DNA from: a virus
Virus record (IMG/VR): IMGVR_UViG_3300031521_000012
Coordinates: 103,972-167,971 of that record
Direction: 5' to 3' (one strand)
Length of the DNA: 64,000 nucleotides
Part shown: in pieces, positions 44,286 through 54,206 of the stretch
Position numbering within the stretch: position 1 is the stretch's first letter
Layout: every line of letters begins with the position of its first letter
Position numbers and translations under genes: made by a program
Notes under the pieces: model-generated
Database searches by the model: none
Told to the model about the DNA's origin: nothing
What the model saw: the letters and a program-made list of their open reading frames with translations, nothing else

Positions 44286-47200
44286 TCAATATGAGACATC
44301 TTCACCACCGTCAGTTTCACCATCAAAATATTCATCAGCATCAGCATTTGCGTTTTCTTCCTGCATTCCAATAAAGGTTTCGAACATATCAATCGATTCT
44401 GCATCATTTTTTGCCATCTGTTCCATTGTCATAGTCAGTGATATATTAAAGGTTTGTTTGAATTTTATGAAATATTTATCTCTCAATTCCCTTTCAAGTT
44501 CTAATGCAATTTCTTTTTCGGTTTTTTCTGTTAATTCACCCGATTTTAGTTCATTAATCTTTTCTTCAAGCGCTGCTTTTTTCCTATCCAATTCTAATTC
44601 GATTTCACATTTAGGTACTTCAACATTTTCTCTAACAATCTGAATAAACGTGCCGTTATATGCACCAACATGATATTCTTTATCATCTTTAATCAATATT
44701 AAATCACCATCCAAATACTTATCATTGATTGACTTAATTAATGGCATATTCTTTTCAGCCATTTTTTCGTTAAGATGTTTTAATGCGTTTTCATATATTT
44801 CAAAATAAACAACATTATCGTCTTTCATCTTAAAACCATCCCAAACTAATCGTGGATCATAACCAGTTTTATTCCAGAATTCCACTTCCTTTTCTTCAAG
44901 ATACATTGAATCGTCATAATCATCAAGATTATAGTTTTTAAGTTTTAATTCTTCGCTAGTGAACATTTCCTTTATCAAATTACCCTTTTTATCAATTTTA
45001 GCGAGTAACTTTTTTTGAATATTATAATCAAAACCAATAATTAATGACTTAACACGTTTATTAAACGCAGCAAAATACTTTTCGTAATTATATACGCCTG
45101 TCATATTTGGATTATCAATTAGGTCTTCGGTACTGATCAATGCAGCACATAATCTTTCAACACCACTTTCTTTATCAATAATAACCCTTGAGTCAGCATG
45201 TGATTTTCTATAACCAGTATTAACATAATACACAACACTATCAACTTCAGGTTCTTGTGGCATATAATTGGCAACTAGCTTCATTTTATCCAACGCAGTC
45301 AGCTCTTTCTTGCCTTTCCCTAAGTTTAGTGTATCTTTATGTATTTCAAATAATTCTTCGGCTATTTGCTTACGCTTGTTAATCAACAATTCCATATGAG
45401 CCTGCATGCCCTTTTCTCTGCCGTTTTTATCCTTACCTCTTTTAAGGTATGATTGTATCGAATTTTTAATTTTGCTTTTACTGGCTATTTTCTTTAATGG
45501 AATTCGCATGTAACGGATATCATCGCAATAATCATAGTAGTAATCAACGAATTCACTTCCCTGACCATGAAGAACCATTGCCAACCCTTTATCGATAAAA
45601 TCTTCAATATATTCGGGCATTGTCTTAGACTTGATGGTATTACCAGTCAATTTAGTTTTTTCTTTCATTTCACCACTCTTTTTGTCTTTAGCTAAAGACA
45701 ATGTAGCATAGTTGATACGTGAAAGATTCAAACACGAAATTGATTCTCCGTCATTATCGAGAGAAATAAAACTTTGCCGTCCTGATGTATTATGACACAA
45801 TATACCACCAATTCCAGAAACAAAAGTTTCATCTTCAGTACTTACATCATAAACATAGGTATTATCATATTTTTTTAATATTTTGTTGTTCCAAATTAAA
45901 TTCGTTTTTCTGCTTTTACTAAAATTAGTGGCTCGATTTTTAGCATCAATTTTGCTAAATCTAGCCGTAATGAAATTTTCCTTATCTTTTCTTGTTGAAA
46001 GAGTATACTCCATGTTCAATGATTTCAGTAAATAAGTAAATCCTGCCATGCCCACAATACTTTTTTGACCTAAGGAAATACCCTCTCTTGGCGATGAACC
46101 ATATCCATCAGAATCCAACGCGCCTAGAATAAAACTTTTCTTAATGTCATCAGATGAATTTAAAATTATTTTAGGTATTTTCTTTTCTCTATATGACGTA
46201 TAAAAATCAATTGAATATTGTTTCGATATTACATCATTGAATGAAATAATTTCATATAATGGCAACACATTATATGAATTCTTCTGCGAAATCCTTCTAT
46301 CAATAGAATGTAATTTAATACCATATTCAGCATTGAAAATCTCAATGCATTTATCTAAATGTTCAAGATTTGTACTAGATATTTTCCATGACTTTCTCAT
46401 GCCTAATTTTCTAACAACGCCATTATCATCAATTTGAGTTCTTTTGCAATGCACAGATGAACCATCCCCAAAGAAAAATCCATACAGCCACGCTAAATCA
46501 ACACTTAATCTATCATCATTAGAATTACTAATTGTGATTGGAATATTTATTGTGTCAATTTTATCGTATCTTTCCAATGTGCTAGGCTTAACTTCTACTC
46601 CATTTTGAAAAACCGAGTGATCTTCCGTTATATTAATTAATCTATCCTTAGTCTCCAATCTATGAATTTTCTTATTTGTCTTATGTTTAAATACATAGTT
46701 AATTTTAGACCATCCACTCTTTGTCAATACCTTGATATTTTTATCCTCATAATCACGCTCTTTGGTTTCATCCAACGAACTAGAATTTTCATTAAATAAA
46801 TCACAAATCGGTATAATATCGATATTATTATCACTATCTTGAATATACATCGGAGAATCAAAGCTCACTGATTCTGCTTGTATCTGAATTTCATTATTAT
46901 ATTTTTCAATAATAGCACTGATGCCTGTTTTACCGCCATATTGCCACATATCTTCAATAGCTCCCTCAACAGCTCCCTCAACAGCTCCTTCATCTGTTAC
47001 CCTTATATTTGTTCGTTCAGGGTAACTAAAGTTAATACCGTCAGTTACTGCAAGTAATGCAATACAGCCATAATTACTAAACCAATCAACAGCATGTCTT
47101 AAATGTAGTCTACCTGTACATGTAATCCTTGCAGCACATACATTATCAGACCATTTAAACGATATTGCCGAACCTAACGCACCGAATAACGAGTTATTTA

Positions 47201-49055
47201 AAATTTTAACTGGTAACTGTTTGATTTTAAACATTGCTCTATCTTCCGAAGTTATTGTATTATTAATAAACTTTATGTGAACTTCAGGGTCAATTTCTTT
47301 CAATAATTGAATTTCTTCAGCATTTAATGCATCGGAATTCGCAAGCTTTTTGTATATATTACGTGTTGTAGTAAGATAGAATAGTATCTTCTTAATAACA
47401 CCTGTAATATCGAAAATAGGAAATACATCATCACTTAATTGAATCATTGGGTAAAGTGAAGCGTAGTCAATTTTGATAATTCTTGTAGAATATCCGATTT
47501 TATAACATCTTGCCAAACCACCTGAAAATACCATACTAACATCTGATATTGGTATTGCCAAATCATTTTCATAACTCCATACAGTTAGTAATAAGTTCCA
47601 GATTGCAGCAGTACCCATAGTACACACTCTTTGGTATGTAGTTGGAACAATCTTTGCAACCATGAATGACGATTGATTATATAATTCGTCAACCATTTCT
47701 GTTTCCTGTAAGTCATCCAAAAGATACTGTCTTAGCAATCTTTTACCGCTTATGAACTTATTCATATTTTTAGGCAATGGCTCTTTCATTAGCCATTCAT
47801 AAAATTCTGGATTATTATCTAAATAAGCTGCTCTAACCTCTTTGTATGCTTCATCTGAAATTCTACTTTTATTTTCTTGTAGTTTATGAAATTTTTTACC
47901 TATTACCTGAAATTCATCGGGCAATATAATATACTTATTACAATCATCCATTAGAAATATTTTATTCTCAGAATAAAACTTACCAATCGAGTTATCTTCA
48001 CCTTTAATATACGTTCTGTTAGGCTTAGCTACTTTTTCATGTTTAGCAATATATTTTAAGCCAGTTTCCTTTATTTCACTGTTGATGGCAGCAGTTTTCT
48101 TTACTGCGTGAATGATATCAATAACAGATATTCCCCACATTTCAGTTGCAGTGTATTTTTCGGCAGTGTTACCATATTTAACAGACACATTGGGTCTGCG
48201 CTTCATGTGAACTTCTTTCTTAAGACTTGTTTGAATTTCATTCATATTCATCTTAAGTGTTTTAGCTCTACCAAGCAAATAATCAAAGTCGAATGTTTCA
48301 GAAAAATATCCTGAAATTACAGCAGGTTTTAGATATATGATCAGATTAAAGAAGTCTTGTATAAGTCTTACTTCGGATTCATCATCATTAATCTTATCAA
48401 CCTCTAATATTGTCTCAAAACCTCTATTATCCCTTACGCCAATAGCAAAAACTCTGGTTGTTTGATAACGAAGCCCGGTCGTTTCAATATCGAAAGTTAC
48501 CTTATGAACATTCTTATATTCTTCAAATCCTTTAAATAGCCTAGCTTGGTTGGATATGAAAAACTGTTCTGTTGTCCTTACTGAATAAAATAAATCACGA
48601 TATGGGTAAATATATTCACCTTTAGCATCACGAATAAAATCGCCATCAATGTCACATGCTTTAGCATATGGATTAATACCACCATCACGTAAAAAAGCTA
48701 GTATATCATTGAATGACTTACTACTTGTTATCTTATAACAATAACCATTTAAAAGTCTTTTTTGATTACCTGTTTTCAATTCAGTAACAGTAATACCATA
48801 TTTAATCTTCTTACTGGCAATCATTGTAACTGAACTACCTTCATATAAAATATGCTTGGTTTTCTTCAAATCTTTCATATACATGAAAGGTTCATATTTA
48901 ACCTTAACTATTTTAGTATCACAATCAGGTTCATGTATAATACATTCAGCAATATTGGTATTCGGGTCTGTTTCTACATTTACTAGATATTTTAAATCAG
49001 TATTATAGCCCTCAAGAAATGATTTAATTTCGCCTAATACTTTTTTCTTATCCAT
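44286..49055 (-). CDS. family B DNA polymerase containing an intein
   Basis: ExoI FDIETTG, ExoII FDFDYL, ExoIII YLLDD; motif A IDYASLYP; motif B KILNNSLFG; motif C variant AVTDG. Confidence 0.93.
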   Translation of the reverse strand: MDKKKVLGEIKSFLEGYNTDLKYLVNVETDPNTNIAECIIHEPDCDTKIVKVKYEPFMYMKDLKKTKHILYEGSSVTMIASKKIKYGITVTELKTGNQKRLLNGYCYKITSSKSFNDILAFLRDGGINPYAKACDIDGDFIRDAKGEYIYPYRDLFYSVRTTEQFFISNQARLFKGFEEYKNVHKVTFDIETTGLRYQTTRVFAIGVRDNRGFETILEVDKINDDESEVRLIQDFFNLIIYLKPAVISGYFSETFDFDYLLGRAKTLKMNMNEIQTSLKKEVHMKRRPNVSVKYGNTAEKYTATEMWGISVIDIIHAVKKTAAINSEIKETGLKYIAKHEKVAKPNRTYIKGEDNSIGKFYSENKIFLMDDCNKYIILPDEFQVIGKKFHKLQENKSRISDEAYKEVRAAYLDNNPEFYEWLMKEPLPKNMNKFISGKRLLRQYLLDDLQETEMVDELYNQSSFMVAKIVPTTYQRVCTMGTAAIWNLLLTVWSYENDLAIPISDVSMVFSGGLARCYKIGYSTRIIKIDYASLYPMIQLSDDVFPIFDITGVIKKILFYLTTTRNIYKKLANSDALNAEEIQLLKEIDPEVHIKFINNTITSEDRAMFKIKQLPVKILNNSLFGALGSAISFKWSDNVCAARITCTGRLHLRHAVDWFSNYGCIALLAVTDGINFSYPERTNIRVTDEGAVEGAVEGAIEDMWQYGGKTGISAIIEKYNNEIQIQAESVSFDSPMYIQDSDNNIDIIPICDLFNENSSSLDETKERDYEDKNIKVLTKSGWSKINYVFKHKTNKKIHRLETKDRLINITEDHSVFQNGVEVKPSTLERYDKIDTINIPITISNSNDDRLSVDLAWLYGFFFGDGSSVHCKRTQIDDNGVVRKLGMRKSWKISSTNLEHLDKCIEIFNAEYGIKLHSIDRRISQKNSYNVLPLYEIISFNDVISKQYSIDFYTSYREKKIPKIILNSSDDIKKSFILGALDSDGYGSSPREGISLGQKSIVGMAGFTYLLKSLNMEYTLSTRKDKENFITARFSKIDAKNRATNFSKSRKTNLIWNNKILKKYDNTYVYDVSTEDETFVSGIGGILCHNTSGRQSFISLDNDGESISCLNLSRINYATLSLAKDKKSGEMKEKTKLTGNTIKSKTMPEYIEDFIDKGLAMVLHGQGSEFVDYYYDYCDDIRYMRIPLKKIASKSKIKNSIQSYLKRGKDKNGREKGMQAHMELLINKRKQIAEELFEIHKDTLNLGKGKKELTALDKMKLVANYMPQEPEVDSVVYYVNTGYRKSHADSRVIIDKESGVERLCAALISTEDLIDNPNMTGVYNYEKYFAAFNKRVKSLIIGFDYNIQKKLLAKIDKKGNLIKEMFTSEELKLKNYNLDDYDDSMYLEEKEVEFWNKTGYDPRLVWDGFKMKDDNVVYFEIYENALKHLNEKMAEKNMPLIKSINDKYLDGDLILIKDDKEYHVGAYNGTFIQIVRENVEVPKCEIELELDRKKAALEEKINELKSGELTEKTEKEIALELERELRDKYFIKFKQTFNISLTMTMEQMAKNDAESIDMFETFIGMQEENANADADEYFDGETDGGEDVSY
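45789..46871 (-). mobile_element. intein with LAGLIDADG endonuclease (361 aa, residues 729-1089)
   Basis: Starts SVSFDSP; block B ITEDH; LAWLYGFFFGDG and FILGALDSDG; ends VYDVST..ILCHN followed by T. Confidence 0.9.
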
Positions 49056-49067
49056 AGGTTATTTATT

Positions 49068-49991
49068 TTAATTAGAAGGACTGCAATTCTTACTATATTT
49101 ATCGTCGCACATTTCCAACTCTTGACCATCACATGAACTGCATTTTTTAATCCATTTATAATTAGCATCTGCTTCAGCCATCACATCATCGTCAAAGAAG
49201 TTAAACGATAATTGAACATATTCGGGCTTCTTTACCTCACAAGCAGCTTTGCTCGCATAATAATCAACGCCATAGTTATCATGAAAGGTATATCCTAATG
49301 TTCTTGCTTTACGTGCATAAAACATAGTTAAATTGTTTATATAGTTTGCAGGAAAGTCATGTAGCCCATAATAATTTGATGCTATAATTGATCTACATGG
49401 AATACACTCACAGCATGGTTCAAATTCAATAATTTTAGCATCTTTATCGCCTATATACCTTGGGTACTCGCATGTTACTATCAAATCCCTATAGTTTTTC
49501 GGCAAATCAGCTGCCATAAATTCCTTTTTATGCTTTGCTAATGGAAATACTAACGGAATTAATTTATTGAGAGCAATTGATTGATATGATTTATATATTT
49601 TTTTAATATCACTTAAATATGATATAGCATCGTCATTTGAAACATAACCAATCTGAATTTCATCGACTTTTAACCCCTGCGAAAATACAATTCCTAACAT
49701 CCAAATAGGAACTTGCTTAAACGATAAATCGCTCTCATATGCACGAACACCAACGTTTAAAACATACTCAATTTCTGCTATGTTTAAAGGATATTGACTG
49801 TCTTTATCAAATTCTTTTCTAAATTCTTGATGCAATAGCTTTATATGATTTTTTTCAATGATTGTTTTATTTTCATTGTTTTCGATTTCAATATAAATCG
49901 GTACTACTCTATTACCGTTTTTTAGATTTATATAGGTAAGGTACGTAGAATCAAGTCCCCCACTAAACAGTACAGCAACAGTTTTACTCAT
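49068..49991 (-). CDS. QueC-like PP-loop ATPase (7-cyano-7-deazaguanine synthase family)
   Basis: VLFSGGLDST; IGYV..DD; TCEYP...PCCECIPC zinc site. Confidence 0.8.
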   Translation of the reverse strand: MSKTVAVLFSGGLDSTYLTYINLKNGNRVVPIYIEIENNENKTIIEKNHIKLLHQEFRKEFDKDSQYPLNIAEIEYVLNVGVRAYESDLSFKQVPIWMLGIVFSQGLKVDEIQIGYVSNDDAISYLSDIKKIYKSYQSIALNKLIPLVFPLAKHKKEFMAADLPKNYRDLIVTCEYPRYIGDKDAKIIEFEPCCECIPCRSIIASNYYGLHDFPANYINNLTMFYARKARTLGYTFHDNYGVDYYASKAACEVKKPEYVQLSFNFFDDDVMAEADANYKWIKKCSSCDGQELEMCDDKYSKNCSPSN

Positions 49992-50349
49992 GTGTGATTG
50001 TTTTATATGTTAATTCATTCGTTTTTTCGTTATATTTGTATTTTCTATTACCAAGAAGAAAAACCTTACTATGTACTAAGGTTTTTACATTGCTGATTAA
50101 TATTCCGCTTAACCAAAGCGCAGAAACACAATTTTTTCCTATGATTTTATACTCGCCATCATCATTAATAATTTCAAAGTTCAAATATAATGCTTCTTCG
50201 GGACTTTCCAAAAGGTTTTCTAAAATAAATATAAGTGATGAATGAATCTCCTTTTTGAACTTAGCATCTGCTATGTCAACACCATGTTCTACGCTCCGTA
50301 TAAAAAAATCACGAAATGGGTTTCTCTCCCATTCATATTTATGTGCCAT
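49984..50349 (-). CDS. hypothetical protein
   Basis: ORF track; overlaps with neighbours typical of an operon. Confidence 0.65.
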   Translation of the reverse strand: MAHKYEWERNPFRDFFIRSVEHGVDIADAKFKKEIHSSLIFILENLLESPEEALYLNFEIINDDGEYKIIGKNCVSALWLSGILISNVKTLVHSKVFLLGNRKYKYNEKTNELTYKTITHE

Positions 50350-51481
50350 GTATTATTTCACTATTAATAATTATATTATTTATTTTTTCAACAATCATAT
50401 TCATTTGATTATCAACATCTCTTAAAAATTCCTTTTCGTTAATATGTATTATGTGACAGCCGAAATTTTCTTTAATATATTGCTCACGAATAACATCCTT
50501 TTCAGCAAATTTCTTAATTTTATGATACTTCTCGTCCCATTCAATACAAATATTATATTGTTCAATATAACCATCTACCCAATATTTTACAAATTTTTTC
50601 TCACCGCCATTTAATGCATGCTGGATTGGTATTTGGAGAATTGCTGAAAGCATGTCTAAATATATTAACGAATTGGCATTATATGCAGGTGTATGTCTGA
50701 GCCATTGTTCGCCATATCTTTCAATCATAGTGTTCGTAGCTTTTTCTGAAATTTCTTTATTCTGATGCGAAAATTCAAATCCATATCTTTCAATATTCGT
50801 TTTTTTCGCCCTTTCTTTTATTTCAGTACATTGCATTACATGCTCAACGCCATATTTTAATAAAACAGTTGCCCTCATTTTTTTCTTAACAGCATCAACC
50901 TCCATGGGATTTTCAGTACCATATTTTTCTAAAATAGCTAATCTCCTTTTTTTTCTAAATTCTTCTGTTTTCAGGTAAGAATCTACACCATATTTATCTA
51001 AACTAATCAATTTTTTCTTTTCTTTATATACATCAGCTTGTGTATAATGTTCAACGCCATATCTCACAATATTAGTTTTTTTAAATTTTCCATTAAAATC
51101 TGGATGCTTTGAATATGCAGTTACACCAAATTTTTTTAAATTAGAGTTTTTTAAATTGTTTTTTACTACATCAGATTTCATTGGATTTTCAAAACCATAT
51201 AAATTATAATTACTTTCAGAATATTTAGTCATAGAGCATTTATTGCTACATCCATAAAATCGTCCATTTTTAGTATTTTTATTATACGTTTTATAGCTCA
51301 AATATTTTTCTTTCCCACACATATCACATTTCACATGCAAAACTACATGACTACTCCTTTTTAAATCTGACACATTAATTAGAATATCCGTATCGATTCC
51401 AGTATATCTGTATCCCTTTTCAATTAAATATTTTTTATTGGATGCATGCCATTTTACGATAATAAATTCATCTAGTATCAT
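50339..51481 (-). CDS. homing endonuclease-like protein (Zn ribbon, KYG repeats, PD-(D/E)XK/DUF559-like)
   Basis: CDMC..CSNKC; KYGV repeats; YWVDGY..CIEWDEKYH. Confidence 0.8.
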   Translation of the reverse strand: MILDEFIIVKWHASNKKYLIEKGYRYTGIDTDILINVSDLKRSSHVVLHVKCDMCGKEKYLSYKTYNKNTKNGRFYGCSNKCSMTKYSESNYNLYGFENPMKSDVVKNNLKNSNLKKFGVTAYSKHPDFNGKFKKTNIVRYGVEHYTQADVYKEKKKLISLDKYGVDSYLKTEEFRKKRRLAILEKYGTENPMEVDAVKKKMRATVLLKYGVEHVMQCTEIKERAKKTNIERYGFEFSHQNKEISEKATNTMIERYGEQWLRHTPAYNANSLIYLDMLSAILQIPIQHALNGGEKKFVKYWVDGYIEQYNICIEWDEKYHKIKKFAEKDVIREQYIKENFGCHIIHINEKEFLRDVDNQMNMIVEKINNIIINSEIIHGT

Positions 51482-53274
51482 TTTTTCTTATGTTTATTTT
51501 TTATGATTTCAATAACCTCACCTAAAATAGATTCACTTATATTTGATTCATAATCTTCATTATCCATTACCTTGACAATTGATTTACGTTTATTTTCTAT
51601 TGCAGAAAACACATAGTCATCAATTGTATCTCTATATATCAAAGGATAAATACTCACTGGAAATCGCTGCGAAATTCTATGAATTCTATCTGCAACTTGA
51701 TCATAATCACCTACACTATAAGGTAAAGTCATTAAAAACATTTTAGATGCGCAAGTTAATGTTAATCCAAAACTACATGTTTGTATTGACCCAATGAACA
51801 CTTTTAAATTACTATTGGGGTCTTGAAATTGTTTGACAATTTCAGCACGTTCCTCAGCTGTTTGATCACCAGTATGGAGTCCAGCAACATCACCAAGTAT
51901 TTTTTTTAATTCATATAATGGCTCTTTGAAAAAATCAACAATAACTACTTTTTCGCCAGTTTCTAAAATATTCTCTATTAATTCAATAACTGGTTTTATT
52001 TTAAGATGCGATGTGTATTGACGAAGACGAATCATTAATGTTAATGGATTAGTTGTTGGGTTAGTTATAAATTCATTGGCAACACCTGATTCAATTTCAT
52101 CATATATTGAGCTTTCTTTATCATCCATTTCTAGTATAATTCTTTGATACGTTTTTTCAGGCAAATCTAAAGCATCTATTTTACGCTTGCGATGTGTATA
52201 TGGTGCTATCTTATAATACAATTCTTCTAACTTTGCTTCCGCATCATTGGTTACATATCCCCATCCACCGACATCATATGACATGCCACAATAATATTCC
52301 TGAAAATAAGTTTTTGATGCAAAATCTGCTGGAGATATCTGATTCATAACACTATAGATTTCTGCAGCACGATTGGGCATGGGAGTTCCGCTAAGGAATA
52401 TTTTACTTACCTTTTCATCTTTAAATATTTCGTTTTTAAATGTTCTTGCAAAATTTTTATATGTGTTTGATTTAGTGTTTTTCAACTTCGAGCTTTCATC
52501 ACAAATAACAGCATCTATTTTACCAATTTCAAGACTTTTCCATTTTCTATTAAAATCATCTTTATTGCCAGTGTTGAAGAAGTCATAATTCACAATAATA
52601 TATTTAGCATCGGCAATACCACATTTATTCTTTTTCCAATTAATAATATGTGAATTACTATTCGTAAACTTCTCAACCTCGTTTTTAAAATTATGCTTCA
52701 AACTGTTGGGTGTTACCACAATAACCTTCTTGAAATTATTCATTTCTACATACAATATACTCGAAAGTGTTTTACCAAGACCCATTTCATGGGAGATTAG
52801 TGTACTACGTGTAATATTCATAAATAAAGCTGCTACAACCTGATGTTTATATAGCTTAATGCCGTTATTTAATAATCCATGCATTTTTTCGCTATATTGT
52901 TCGTATGTGGTTTCCAGTTCTTCCTTATATTTAACCCAATTTTCTTTTTTAATATTTAAATCAGCTATGAAGACACGTTTTTCTTCTTCATCCTTTTCAA
53001 GTTTTTCGATTTGTTGGATGAACACAGTACGACTAGCTTCTGTTCCGAAGTCAAAATGTATTTTGCTTGATGTTTTATATTTCTTAATTAATGAATATAG
53101 TGATAGAGTACTAACTTCCCATGCTAGGTTTAAGCCACTCCATTTACGTGTGTCGTATGGTAATTCCTTGATACGCAACAAAAGTTGATCGTTTGGGTTA
53201 AATCTAAGATAATAGGCTTGTTTTCTACCTATACGCTCACAATGTACAATAAACTGGATGATATTCTCTGCCAT
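51478..53274 (-). CDS. SNF2-family helicase (HARP/SMARCAL1-like)
   Basis: EMGLGKT, DESS, LSGTPMPN, FGLTLT, QVADRIHRI; N-terminal W....AW HARP-like segment. Confidence 0.9.
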   Translation of the reverse strand: MAENIIQFIVHCERIGRKQAYYLRFNPNDQLLLRIKELPYDTRKWSGLNLAWEVSTLSLYSLIKKYKTSSKIHFDFGTEASRTVFIQQIEKLEKDEEEKRVFIADLNIKKENWVKYKEELETTYEQYSEKMHGLLNNGIKLYKHQVVAALFMNITRSTLISHEMGLGKTLSSILYVEMNNFKKVIVVTPNSLKHNFKNEVEKFTNSNSHIINWKKNKCGIADAKYIIVNYDFFNTGNKDDFNRKWKSLEIGKIDAVICDESSKLKNTKSNTYKNFARTFKNEIFKDEKVSKIFLSGTPMPNRAAEIYSVMNQISPADFASKTYFQEYYCGMSYDVGGWGYVTNDAEAKLEELYYKIAPYTHRKRKIDALDLPEKTYQRIILEMDDKESSIYDEIESGVANEFITNPTTNPLTLMIRLRQYTSHLKIKPVIELIENILETGEKVVIVDFFKEPLYELKKILGDVAGLHTGDQTAEERAEIVKQFQDPNSNLKVFIGSIQTCSFGLTLTCASKMFLMTLPYSVGDYDQVADRIHRISQRFPVSIYPLIYRDTIDDYVFSAIENKRKSIVKVMDNEDYESNISESILGEVIEIIKNKHKKK

Positions 53275-53291
53275 AATATATCAATATCAGG

Positions 53292-53322
53292 CAAAGATAG
53301 AGAATATTAGCTGAATGTCAAA
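53292..53322 (-). promoter_or_regulatory. Bacteroidota primary-sigma promoter (TTTG-N19-TATCTTTG)
   Basis: Exact consensus match; heads the SNF2-QueC-PolB operon. Confidence 0.8.
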
Positions 53323-53334
53323 GGGAAATTTTAA

Positions 53335-53754
53335 TTAAATAACTGTTGTCTTAGTGATTGAATCAGATATAACTACATTAACATATCCTTCAATCGGAAA
53401 CTTAATCTTGCCACAGCCGTATTGACTTCCCAAAAAATCCACAGTTATTTCAGCTAAGTATCTTCCTGACCTATTAGTGTCTTTTAACTTGAACTTGTAT
53501 GTTAAGGTATATTTTTCTTCATCTGGATTCGCAGCTATATCATTAATAATAACTAAATTAGCTGGAGCATTAGCAATTTTATACAATCCAGTATCAGCAT
53601 CCATCATAGAGAATGTAACAGCTACGTTCTCTAACATGTCGTCAGTAATATCATATTTCTCCCTTATTTGTTGAATAAGAGGATATTTGAACAATGGAAA
53701 TGTACTATTCTTCTTAATGAAGAAATTGTTTATATTAAATGTTGAATAATTCAT
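53335..53754 (-). CDS. probable virion protein (BppU N-terminal-like Ig fold)
   Basis: FFIKKNST.P..VTFSM..YKF..DT..SGRYLAE..KFP pattern. Confidence 0.55.
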   Translation of the reverse strand: MNYSTFNINNFFIKKNSTFPLFKYPLIQQIREKYDITDDMLENVAVTFSMMDADTGLYKIANAPANLVIINDIAANPDEEKYTLTYKFKLKDTNRSGRYLAEITVDFLGSQYGCGKIKFPIEGYVNVVISDSITKTTVI

Positions 53755-54164
53755 TACTTTTCTGCCCCTTCATTATTATTATCAGCTCTAATACCTTTCA
53801 TTATTTGGGGTCTGTTAGCACCAATCCAATTAGCTAATCTTTTCTTTACAGTAGCAGCAATACCATCGCCCATTACACCCATTAAAACAGAATCATAATT
53901 TCCAAAAGGATGTCCACTGATTTCAGTTGAAAATCTGAATAGAATATATGAACATATAAATGTAGTAATATACCTACGCCAGTTATCTAAAAACCAGAAT
54001 TTCCAACTCCATTTCACTGGTGTTGCTGGACACAATACATCACGACCTGATGTTTCAACCAATCCATAAGCTATGTAGCCTATAATAAAGAACCATATAA
54101 ATCCAAATAATTGAATCATTGTATAGTCACCAAACATTATTTTAATTATTTCATCCATAATCAC
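53754..54164 (-). CDS. membrane protein (holin-like candidate)
   Basis: Two to three hydrophobic segments, 136 aa. Confidence 0.55.
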   Translation of the reverse strand: MIMDEIIKIMFGDYTMIQLFGFIWFFIIGYIAYGLVETSGRDVLCPATPVKWSWKFWFLDNWRRYITTFICSYILFRFSTEISGHPFGNYDSVLMGVMGDGIAATVKKRLANWIGANRPQIMKGIRADNNNEGAEK

Positions 54165-54191
54165 AATTATTAATATTAATTATTATTTACT

Positions 54192-54199
54192 ATAAATAC
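54192..54199 (-). promoter_or_regulatory. GTATTTAT motif
   Basis: Upstream of 54164. Confidence 0.6.
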
Positions 54200-54206
54200 A
54201 ATTAAT

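Noticed and set aside
46959-46992. 12-bp tandem repeat (EGAV) in PolB
   Set aside because: Simple in-frame slippage in a variable loop; no evidence of function
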